Shown here piece after piece: positions 1-7,077 of a DNA stretch of 27,612 nucleotides (positions are counted from its first letter, which is position 1; every line of letters starts with the position of its first letter). Made by a program: the position numbers and the translations under genes. The notes beneath the pieces were generated by a model. That model worked only from the letters and a program-made list of their open reading frames with translations. It did no database searches and was not told the DNA's origin. Origin of the DNA: Anaerolineales bacterium (GTDB taxonomy: Bacteria; Chloroflexota; Anaerolineae; Anaerolineales; Villigracilaceae); assembly GCA_049514195.1 (NCBI GenBank), contig JBEKVG010000001.1:1-27612 (forward strand), read 5' to 3'.

Positions 1-88
1 TTGGACGAGTTCGCCCGTTCAACACCCCCACATTTCCCTCAATCACGGGGATTCCCAAAAAACCCCTATCTTCTATAGGAGATGAAAA

Positions 89-331
89 ATGGACTCTGGA
101 ATGATCGGAAAGATTGAAAAAGCCAAGCGATACGCCCAGGAACGTGAAAGATTCCACTTTGAAGCCCTCACGGTTTTGATAGACGGCGCAAATAATCCTC
201 ATCGCATTTCCTTTGCAGACGGGAAATGGAATTGCGACTGTGACTTCTTCCACAGTCATGGCCTCTGCACCCACACGATGGCCCTCGAAGAACTCCTGAA
301 AGGCATGCTCCCGGTTTCCGCAAGCTCCTGA
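89..331 (+). CDS. Small SWIM-type zinc-finger protein (80 aa)
   Basis: C-terminal CxC-x7-CxH (CDCDFFHSHGLCTH) fits the SWIM motif. AGGAG RBS upstream and a terminator directly downstream. Confidence 0.8.
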   Translation: MDSGMIGKIEKAKRYAQERERFHFEALTVLIDGANNPHRISFADGKWNCDCDFFHSHGLCTHTMALEELLKGMLPVSASS

Positions 332-355
332 GCAGGTCAACGAACCTTAGTTTCG

Positions 356-392
356 ACCTCCGAGGTTTTCCTGCCTCGGAGGTTGCTTTTTC
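356..392 (+). terminator. Intrinsic terminator after the SWIM gene
   Basis: 10-bp stem ACCTCCGAGG (356-365)/CCTCGGAGGT (374-383), 8-nt loop, then TGCTTTTTT. Confidence 0.75.
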
Positions 393-395
393 AGG

Positions 396-401
396 TACAA
401 T
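396..401 (+). promoter_or_regulatory. -10 hexamer (TACAAT) placed for a leaderless transcript of the L,D-transpeptidase gene
   Basis: TACAAT, 7 nt (TCCCTCC), then ATG409. No Shine-Dalgarno. Confidence 0.5.
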
Positions 402-408
402 TCCCTCC

Positions 409-1434
409 ATGAAAACGATTTCTCGGCGTGAATTTCTCAAGCTAGGCGGCCTGACCCTCGCCAGCCTGGCTTTCACATCCTTTTTACCGGAATTTACCGG
501 CTACGAAGATATAGATTTGGTACGTGTGGCAAAAGACCCGGTCAGCGTTTATAAGGAGCCTTCCGATCAGAGCGAGATTGTTCATACCTGGGTGCGCGAC
601 AATCTGGTCCACGTTTACGACTCGTTACAGGTCGCCACCACTGGCAACACCTCGCTCTGGTACCGGGTCTTCGGTGGGTATATGAACGCGGGACGTCTGC
701 AAAAGGTAAAGATTCATTACAATGGGTCGCTTTCCAGTATCCCGGCAACCAAGCTATTATCCGAGTTAACCGTCCCCTATACAGACTCTTACCGCTATGA
801 TAAGTGGAACGGCTGGTACCAGTATCACCGTCTGTATTACAGTTGCACCCAATGGATTACCGACATCGATACTGGTCCGGACGGTAAAGCTTGGTACAAT
901 CTTCAGGACAATGAAGATACAAATCTTCATTATTACGTTCCAACTGAACAATTACGCCCCATTTCCCCCGCCGAGATGGCCCCTCTCTCCCCGGATGTGC
1001 CGATGGGTCAAAAACGGATTGACATAAACTTGACCACACAAACCCTTACCTGTTACGAAATGGACAAGCTCGTCTTCTCCACCCAGGTCTCGTCTGGCCA
1101 GGGAAGTTTGATGGCCACGCCAACCGGCAACTTCAATGTCAACGATAAACTTCCCTCCCGGAACATGAGCACCACCAGCCGTCTGGCGGATGATATCATC
1201 CCATTGGTCGGTGTCCCATGGTGCAGTTTCTTTACTGCCGAAGGTCACGCAATGCATGGAACCTATTGGCACAACAATTTCGGCTTCCCGATGAGCCATG
1301 GCTGCGTGAATATGCGCAACGAAGATGCATTATGGCTTTTCCGCTGGAACCAGCCAATTACCGCCTTTGATAATATTAACAGATCGACCCTGGACGTTAA
1401 GGGCTATGGGACGCTTGTCCATATCCACTATTGA
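409..1434 (+). CDS. Tat-exported L,D-transpeptidase (YkuD/ErfK family), 341 aa
   Basis: Twin-arginine signal SRREFLK plus hydrophobic stretch. C-terminal YkuD domain (RIDINLTTQTL..VSSG..TPTGNF) with catalytic HGTYWHNNFGFPMSHGCVNM. Confidence 0.92.
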   Translation: MKTISRREFLKLGGLTLASLAFTSFLPEFTGYEDIDLVRVAKDPVSVYKEPSDQSEIVHTWVRDNLVHVYDSLQVATTGNTSLWYRVFGGYMNAGRLQKVKIHYNGSLSSIPATKLLSELTVPYTDSYRYDKWNGWYQYHRLYYSCTQWITDIDTGPDGKAWYNLQDNEDTNLHYYVPTEQLRPISPAEMAPLSPDVPMGQKRIDINLTTQTLTCYEMDKLVFSTQVSSGQGSLMATPTGNFNVNDKLPSRNMSTTSRLADDIIPLVGVPWCSFFTAEGHAMHGTYWHNNFGFPMSHGCVNMRNEDALWLFRWNQPITAFDNINRSTLDVKGYGTLVHIHY

Positions 1435-1435
1435 T

Positions 1436-2689
1436 ATGCCGACCCTGACCTGGCCTTCAAAAGCACTCCCAGATCTACAACCTACCAACCTCATTCTGGA
1501 TTCAGTCATTTATCCACAGGGCCATGGCTATCCAGCTGGAATTCCCGAAAGCCAACTCTTTCTGGGGGATAATTTGCGCGTGATGGCTGCCCTGTTGCCG
1601 GAATATGAAAACCGCCTGGATCTCATATATGCTGACCCGCCTTTTTTCACCAACAAACATTACCCGGCCCGCATCGGGCGTGGTGAGGATTCTCGTCGCC
1701 CACAGGAGTGGCAGTTGGCGGAAGGCTATGGCGACCATTGGGAGGACATGGATGATTATCTGGATTTCCTGTATCCGTGCCTGGCACTTATGTACCGCCT
1801 GCTCGCCACGCATGGGAGCCTCTACCTGCACCTGGACTGGCATGCGGATGCCTGCGCCCGCCTCCTGCTCGACGAACTCTTTGGCTACGACCACCTGGTA
1901 AATGAAATTATCTGGACTTATCACGGACCTTCTCCTGTTCGTCGTGCCTTTAACCGGAAACATGACACAATCCTAGTTTATGCCAAAGGTGATCATTACA
2001 CCTTCAATGCCGATGCAGTCCGGGAACCTTACCATCCCAACACGGTCAAAACCTTCAAATCATCCATCAAGGCCGGGTTCGGAAAAATCCCAGACCTGGA
2101 ACGCGGCAAAGTTCCGGAAGATTGGTGGTATTTCCCTGTTGTGGCACGCCTGCATAACGAACGCACGGGCTATCCAACGCAAAAGCCCGAGGCGTTGCTG
2201 GAACGCATCATACTGGCTAGCTCCAATCCCAATGACTTGGTCGCCGATTTCTTCTGCGGTTCTGGAACTACCCCGCTCGTTGCCGCCCGGCATGGACGCC
2301 GGTTCCTGGCTTGTGACGTCACCTGGCGCTCTGTCCACACCACCCGCAGCCGCCTCTCCGAACAAAAACACCCTTTTATACTACAAAAAGATGCTGATTG
2401 TGTCATCCCTGAAACGTCTGCACTTATCAAGGTTGACATGCTTGCTGATACCGTCCGGCTTGTCGATGCCCCGGATTTGGATTATTGGGAAGTGGATCCC
2501 ACCTGGGATGGGGTTACCTTCCACAGCGCCATGCAAGCCCGCCGTCCGAATCGTTCGGGGAAAATTCCCCTAGAAATAAAACTGCCCGCCGTGCCGACGA
2601 ATGTCTGCGTGCGGGCCGTTACCATAGATGGACAGCAAATCCAACTACACGTCCAGCCTGTATCCCACTCCCCGGATAGTCTTCAATAA
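1436..2689 (+). CDS. Amino-DNA methyltransferase (m6A/m4C), beta class, Mod-like, 417 aa
   Basis: LFLGDNL, motif IV DLIYADPPF, then YPTQKPEALLERII and motif I DFFCGSGTT (order IV-TRD-I). Start placed at ATG1436, 1 nt after the upstream stop; the ORF-track start at 1325 overlaps the upstream gene. Confidence 0.9.
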   Translation: MPTLTWPSKALPDLQPTNLILDSVIYPQGHGYPAGIPESQLFLGDNLRVMAALLPEYENRLDLIYADPPFFTNKHYPARIGRGEDSRRPQEWQLAEGYGDHWEDMDDYLDFLYPCLALMYRLLATHGSLYLHLDWHADACARLLLDELFGYDHLVNEIIWTYHGPSPVRRAFNRKHDTILVYAKGDHYTFNADAVREPYHPNTVKTFKSSIKAGFGKIPDLERGKVPEDWWYFPVVARLHNERTGYPTQKPEALLERIILASSNPNDLVADFFCGSGTTPLVAARHGRRFLACDVTWRSVHTTRSRLSEQKHPFILQKDADCVIPETSALIKVDMLADTVRLVDAPDLDYWEVDPTWDGVTFHSAMQARRPNRSGKIPLEIKLPAVPTNVCVRAVTIDGQQIQLHVQPVSHSPDSLQ

Positions 2690-3307
2690 CTGTGGTTCTT
2701 CCGGATCGACCTCGATGGCACGCCTCAGCCAGGAAATATGCACATCCAGCGTGCGCGTGTCATCGGTGTAGTCCGTCTCCCAGACCTGTGAGAAAAGAAC
2801 TCTGCGTTCAATCACTTCCCCCCGGTGATTGATCAAGGTTCTTAACAGGCCCATTAAGCGTGGCGTCAGGCGGGTTTGTTTGTCCAGGCAGCGGACAATC
2901 CGCTTTTCAACATCCAGGCGTAGCGGACCGGCGTGGAGGTCATCACTGCCATCACTCGGCAAAAGATGCCGGATCCGATTGACCAATTTTTGGGCGGTAA
3001 AAGGCAGTGATAGGATAATGTCTGCCTCCACCTTCTCGATCTTCCGGTCTGGATCGAGAATCAAAAGAATGGGCAATTTGGGTGCCTGGTCCCGCAGCGA
3101 CTGGCAAATCCGTTTACCGCTGGTGCGTAAGGAAGCCGCGTTAACCACGACAACGTCGGGACTGAAGCCGGCGGAGAGACGCGCTAAAGCTTCGCTGCCA
3201 CTGGAAACCAATTCAACAACGAAGCCTTTTTTTCGTAAGGCAGGGACAAACGCAGGATGGTCTGCGTGCTTGCCCTCAATGACCAGAAGCGTGGAATCTC
3301 TCATCAT
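2645..3307 (-). CDS. OmpR/PhoB-family response regulator with degenerate receiver domain, ~220 aa
   Basis: C-terminal winged helix (RLTPRLMGLL..VWETDY..DTRTLDVHISWLRRAIE..P.LLKTIRGVGYRL). Start placed at MMRDS (3307 or 3304); the longer ORF-track N-terminus runs through promoter and repeat DNA. Confidence 0.88.
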   Translation of the reverse strand: MMRDSTLLVIEGKHADHPAFVPALRKKGFVVELVSSGSEALARLSAGFSPDVVVVNAASLRTSGKRICQSLRDQAPKLPILLILDPDRKIEKVEADIILSLPFTAQKLVNRIRHLLPSDGSDDLHAGPLRLDVEKRIVRCLDKQTRLTPRLMGLLRTLINHRGEVIERRVLFSQVWETDYTDDTRTLDVHISWLRRAIEVDPEEPQLLKTIRGVGYRLDV

Positions 3308-3336
3308 GATAAGGGATATGAAACCGAAATAATTTT

Positions 3337-3385
3337 TCCCATTATACACCAATGTTAAAAAATCGTTGTTGGTGGTCCCATTATA
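3337..3385 (-). promoter_or_regulatory. Two copies of a 10-bp repeat, each holding a perfect -10 (TATAATGGGA on minus strand), upstream of the regulator
   Basis: TCCCATTATA at 3337-3346 and 3376-3385. Confidence 0.45.
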
Positions 3386-3398
3386 AGAAAGTATCATT

Positions 3399-3454
3399 GC
3401 CTGCAACCGCCTGCACCGTGCCTTAGGCACAGGTGTGACGCAGGCACAGGTGCG
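3399..3454. repeat. REP-like GC-rich imperfect palindrome
   Basis: CACCGTGCCT/AGGCACAGGTG inverted pair and GGCACAGGTG twice. Shares CAGGTG/CACCTG-type motifs with 5077-5160. Confidence 0.5.
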
Positions 3455-3507
3455 AAGGAGCGCAGCGACTGAAGCAATCCCCGGGAAAGGGAATAGGTTC
3501 ATTAACC

Positions 3508-4851
3508 TTACAGGACAAGCCCTCCGATAAACTCTCTTAACACGGAATCGACCGGAACAATCGTATCATCGGGAAATGGGAAGATGGATTGGAGCAAAGC
3601 CTCCACGCGTGCTGCCCGGGTGTATGCATCCTGTCGGAGCGGGTCCTCCTTATATTCTCGTGACCATTCTTCGAAATAGTCTATTAACTTCGGCTGGTAT
3701 ATCGACAACTCATACGGCATTCCACTGTTGACAATAAAATCGGCTGAAGAAATATATGGCAGGATATTCCCCAGCTCACCCGACCTAACATAATGCCAAT
3801 GGGTCAATGTTTGGCCATAATCCGCTGCCCGGCTTGTGGCATCCCGCAACATTCTGCGCATCAGCCGGATGTCCGTCCACCTGACATATTCCCCATCATT
3901 ACCCTTTAATTGCAAAAGCGGCTCAATATAGACCTTGAATGACGCATTTTTCACCCCCTCCGTAAGAGCGGGATACAAGCCATACAGGCTGTCAATCAGG
4001 ATTACATCATTTTTCGATAAGTGGGTTGGTGTAGTTTTTAAACTGCGCTTCCCCGTCTTAAAGTCATAATACGGCATCTGGATCTCTTTTCCATCAAGCA
4101 GCTCCTTGATATGATGGTTGATCAGCTCGATATCCAGAGCCTGGGGAGTTTCAAAATCGTAATCACCGAATTCATCTTTTGGATGCAGCTCCAGATCAAA
4201 GTAATAATTGTCCAGGTTTAGCTCCACAAAAGTAACCCCTTTTTCAGCCAACCTGAGAGCTATTTTCCGGGTTGTGGTGGTTTTACCTGAGCTGGAAGGG
4301 CCGGCAAAGATCGCCAGCTTAATCTCCCCTCTTTTTTCCAGAATGGAGTTTTCCACCACGGTTATATCGTGGTTATAGGTGGTTTCCGATTCCATGACGA
4401 TATCCGGCATCTCCCCGTTCGCTATTCTTTTATTCAGCCCTTCGATGGTATTTACACCATGATCCACGGCCCAATTCAGCACCGACCACAACTTTGCCCA
4501 GGGAATGTTTTCCTTGTTCTGTTCTACAGTGGATTTCCCCTGCAGCCTGCGCCGGTTTCTCTCATCCCGGTAAAGAATATAGGCTTTGGCAACCTTCGCG
4601 TGGCCATTTTCGATCAAGACCTTTTCAACCACATCCTGGATTTCCTCAACAGAGGGTACTTTATCCGATCCAAATTGCTTTTCCAACAGAGAAACCACTT
4701 GGTCGCTTAATTTCTGAGAGGTGGCTTTGTCCCTTCCGCCAACCGCGACGGCCGCCCGATAAATGGCATTCGTGATCCTTTCCTGCGTAAAGGGTACTAC
4801 CCGTCCATCACGCTTTGTCACACGCTCAATTTTCGCCTTTGGCGCATTCAT
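3508..4851 (-). CDS. ATP-cone domain fused to uridine kinase/phosphoribulokinase-family P-loop kinase, ~447 aa
   Basis: N-terminal ATP cone (VTKRDGRVVPF..ERITNAI..VEEIQDVVEKVLIENGHAKVAKAYILYR). Walker A GPSSSGKTT, LDNYY, DFETPQALD, YDFKTGKR, RLMRRMLRD. Start 4851 has GGAG 7 nt upstream; 4857 is an alternative. Confidence 0.85.
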   Translation of the reverse strand: MNAPKAKIERVTKRDGRVVPFTQERITNAIYRAAVAVGGRDKATSQKLSDQVVSLLEKQFGSDKVPSVEEIQDVVEKVLIENGHAKVAKAYILYRDERNRRRLQGKSTVEQNKENIPWAKLWSVLNWAVDHGVNTIEGLNKRIANGEMPDIVMESETTYNHDITVVENSILEKRGEIKLAIFAGPSSSGKTTTTRKIALRLAEKGVTFVELNLDNYYFDLELHPKDEFGDYDFETPQALDIELINHHIKELLDGKEIQMPYYDFKTGKRSLKTTPTHLSKNDVILIDSLYGLYPALTEGVKNASFKVYIEPLLQLKGNDGEYVRWTDIRLMRRMLRDATSRAADYGQTLTHWHYVRSGELGNILPYISSADFIVNSGMPYELSIYQPKLIDYFEEWSREYKEDPLRQDAYTRAARVEALLQSIFPFPDDTIVPVDSVLREFIGGLVL

Positions 4852-4922
4852 AGTCATCTCCATTTCCTGATCGATCCCAGGCCAGCGCTTTCTGAAATAA
4901 CCAACCAGAAACACCCATGTAA

Positions 4923-4952
4923 ATTATATAGCAATTTCCCCATCCATTTCAA
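4923..4952 (-). promoter_or_regulatory. sigma70-type promoter of the ATP-cone kinase gene
   Basis: Minus strand TTGAAA-N18-TATAAT. Confidence 0.6.
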
Positions 4953-5076
4953 TATACTAATCCCTGGGATTCAGCTTTTCACCCCGAAGGTAGCAAAAAG
5001 CGCCAATTTACCGCTCAATTCAGACTGGGTAATCTCATTTTCTGCCATATCCTGCCTGTATCCCAAGCGTGAAGAA

Positions 5077-5160
5077 CACACTTGCACCTGCCTGCGCCAG
5101 CCTGCCCTGGCGGCCAGTCCAGGGTACCGCAGGTACAGGTGCGCTGCAAGTGCAGGTGTC
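5077..5160. repeat. REP-like nested palindrome
   Basis: CACTTGCA (5079-86)/TGCAAGTG (5145-52), GCACCTG (5084-90)/CAGGTGC (5136-42), CCCTGG (5105-10)/CCAGGG (5119-24). Confidence 0.55.
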
Positions 5161-5169
5161 GGGACGATG

Positions 5170-5336
5170 AAAATCGCGACCTGCCCTGCGTGCTAAGTAG
5201 CATCCAGCCGTCACAGCTCCTGCGGCTGACACGATATCGTGCCCGTTAGGGTAGTCAGCGGCTCATAGCCTGGTAGCGCTGACGCTGCTCACGGCTTTGG
5301 GCGGGTTGTATAGGCGGACGGGAGGTGTGTGATTTT
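5170..5336 (+). ncRNA. Putative structured ncRNA, 6S RNA-like rod (167 nt)
   Basis: End-to-end pairing AAAATC/GATTTT, ACCT/AGGT, CCC/GGG, then an irregular central region, then AGCCGT/ACGGCT and CAGC/GCTG. G-U wobbles in the closing stem favour the + strand, but the strand is not certain. Length and architecture fit 6S RNA. No covariance search run. Confidence 0.45.
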
Positions 5337-5467
5337 TAGGGTTTTATTGGTAAACACGACTAGGAGTATCCCCAATGCGCAAATTCTATCTCTTACTTGG
5401 AAAGTATTTCACTTTAATCTTTGCTGTCATATTTGTCTTTACATCAACATTGGTTTACTGAATAGCA

Positions 5468-5476
5468 TGGTATGAT
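5468..5476 (+). promoter_or_regulatory. Extended -10 (TGGTATGAT) for the 62-aa gene
   Basis: TGnTATGAT about 35 nt upstream of ATG5512, with an AGGAG RBS between. Confidence 0.5.
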
Positions 5477-5511
5477 TCCCCGAAAAGCCCTTTATCCTTA
5501 GGAGATGAGAA

Positions 5512-5700
5512 ATGATCACCGCTGAAATCAAGAAGGATAACCAGACTATTGGCGTTTTGACGGCCTCAGAGAAAGTTTTCAAGACCGGTTCACGTGGCTT
5601 CTTCGGGATGGGGAAGATTCAGATTGACGATAAGCGTTACCAGGTACAGGTACAGTTAGTAGAGATTGGGTCGAAGCCGAAAATTGAAGTGGCAAAATAA
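5512..5700 (+). CDS. Small basic hypothetical protein (62 aa)
   Basis: Own extended -10, AGGAG RBS and downstream hairpin. Beta-strand-like sequence FKTGSRGFFGMGKIQIDDKRYQVQVQLVEIGSK. Confidence 0.75.
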   Translation: MITAEIKKDNQTIGVLTASEKVFKTGSRGFFGMGKIQIDDKRYQVQVQLVEIGSKPKIEVAK

Positions 5701-5701
5701 A

Positions 5702-5727
5702 AAGACCCTCGCTCTGGCGAGGGTCTT
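5702..5727. terminator. Bidirectional terminator between the 62-aa gene and tRNA-Gln
   Basis: 11-bp stem AAGACCCTCGC/GCGAGGGTCTT, 4-nt loop. The flanking A-tract gives a U-tract on the tRNA strand. Confidence 0.8.
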
Positions 5728-5734
5728 GCTTAGG

Positions 5735-5805
5735 CTGGGGGCAAAGGATTCGAACCTCTATTGACTGATCCAGAGTCAGTTGTCCTGCCATTGGACGAGC
5801 CCCCA
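5735..5805 (-). tRNA. trnQ: tRNA-Gln (anticodon CTG), CCA not encoded
   Basis: TGGGGGC/GCCCCCA acceptor stem, GTCC/GGAC D-stem, ACTGA-CTCTGGA-TCAGT anticodon arm, GGTTCGAATCC T-arm. The 3' end reads G-CCT. Confidence 0.96.
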
Positions 5806-5819
5806 TTTCCAGCGGGCGG

Positions 5820-5849
5820 ATTTTACCACGCCGGGAGGACATCCGTCTA
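5820..5849 (-). promoter_or_regulatory. Stable-RNA-type promoter of tRNA-Gln
   Basis: TAGACG-N18-TAAAAT with TGn extension and GC-rich discriminator CCGCCCGC. Confidence 0.6.
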
Positions 5850-6165
5850 GGGTTTTTCTTCCGACAATTTGTATCTTCCAACTCCTTGATATACTTGCCT
5901 GGGTATATCTAAAAATCATTTTCCTGAGGAGTGAGACCATGCCTGCGTTTGAACCGGGCAAGATGATCTTCTTTGCCCGTTCCCTCCATGGATGCATGTC
6001 AGTTTAGGAGCGGCGAAATGTGAGCCCTCCATATCCCCTTTGGCAACGATGTGTTTAAGCTATAGACTACCTTAACCTTTTTATCTGTGGTGAATATCAT
6101 AATTACCCATTTATCCCTATTCATCTCTGGTGAAAAGGAACGGGGTCTCTTATCAGGAGGATGGC

Positions 6166-6897
6166 ATGTCCCAATATTTTGCGTATGACTACAAAGGCGC
6201 GCCGTTCGTCCTCTTCGGGACCTGGCACCTGGTGGCGCTCCTGGTCATCGTCCTGATCAATATTGCCATGCTGGGATTACGACAGTCCTCGGAGAAGGCC
6301 CGCACCGTCATCCGTTGGAGCATGGCGATCCTGCTCTGGCTGGACGAAGCCTCCTGGCATATCTGGAATATTTACTGGGGCCATTGGACCGTGGCACAGT
6401 TGCCCCTGCACATCTGCAGCCTGTTGATCTGGCTGGCCGGTTTCATGTTAATCTTCAAGAACTACCGTATCTATGAATTCGCATATTTCATCGGGATGGG
6501 GGGAGCCATGCAAGCCCTGCTGACCCCCGATGCAGGGATTTACGGATTCCCCCATTTCCGCATCTTCCAGACCATGATCTCGCACGGCCTCCTGCTGACT
6601 TCCGCTATTTATATGACCACCGTGGAGGGCTTCCGGCCCACCTGGAAATCTTTCTGGCGAGTGGTGATTGGTTTGAATATCTATGCAGTTTTGATCTTCC
6701 CGATCAACCTGCTTCTTGGTACGGACTTTTTATACATCAACAGCAAGCCCGCCACAGCCAGCCTGCTGGATGCGCTGCCACGCTGGCCATACTATCTGAT
6801 CTACATGGAATTGATTGGCCTGGCCATCTTCCTGCTCCTGTACTTGCCTTTCATCATCCGGGACTGGCGTGCGAAGACCAAAGCCAAAGCAATCTGA
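6166..6897 (+). CDS. YwaF/TIGR02206-family integral membrane protein, 243 aa
   Basis: Motifs LPLHICS, GAMQALLTPD, FPHFR..ISHG, LG.DFLYINSKP..SLLD.L..WPYY. GGAGG RBS before ATG6166. Confidence 0.85.
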   Translation: MSQYFAYDYKGAPFVLFGTWHLVALLVIVLINIAMLGLRQSSEKARTVIRWSMAILLWLDEASWHIWNIYWGHWTVAQLPLHICSLLIWLAGFMLIFKNYRIYEFAYFIGMGGAMQALLTPDAGIYGFPHFRIFQTMISHGLLLTSAIYMTTVEGFRPTWKSFWRVVIGLNIYAVLIFPINLLLGTDFLYINSKPATASLLDALPRWPYYLIYMELIGLAIFLLLYLPFIIRDWRAKTKAKAI

Positions 6898-7014
6898 CGA
6901 ACTTTGTCCCAGCTCTTTTCGATGGGGATTTAAAGCAAATAGATAACCACACTCTGCTAATATACCCTATAATAGCAGAATGATGGCTTGCTCATTTTGA
7001 GGCCGCACCACGGT

Positions 7015-7040
7015 TGTAACTATTGTATGACTTTGGCGTA
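7015..7040 (+). promoter_or_regulatory. ECF sigma-type promoter
   Basis: TGTAAC-N16-CGTA, matching the SigW/SigX-like consensus (TG[AT]AAC-N16-CG[AT][AC]), 37 nt upstream of ATG7078. Confidence 0.6.
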
Positions 7041-7077
7041 CATCATAATAAGTCTGATTCATAAAAGGAGAATTCAT

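Noticed and set aside
1436-2689. Complete restriction-modification or other anti-phage defence system
   Set aside because: No nuclease, helicase or specificity subunit nearby, and the flanking genes are housekeeping.
5170-5336. Riboswitch leader of the ATP-cone kinase gene
   Set aside because: No TPP, FMN, SAM, cobalamin, glycine or c-di-NMP consensus recognised, and the gene has its own promoter at 4923-4952, downstream of the element.
5340-5805. tRNA-Gln 3' end as an integration site for an AT-rich islet
   Set aside because: No duplicated tRNA 3' end (att) and no integrase in the window.
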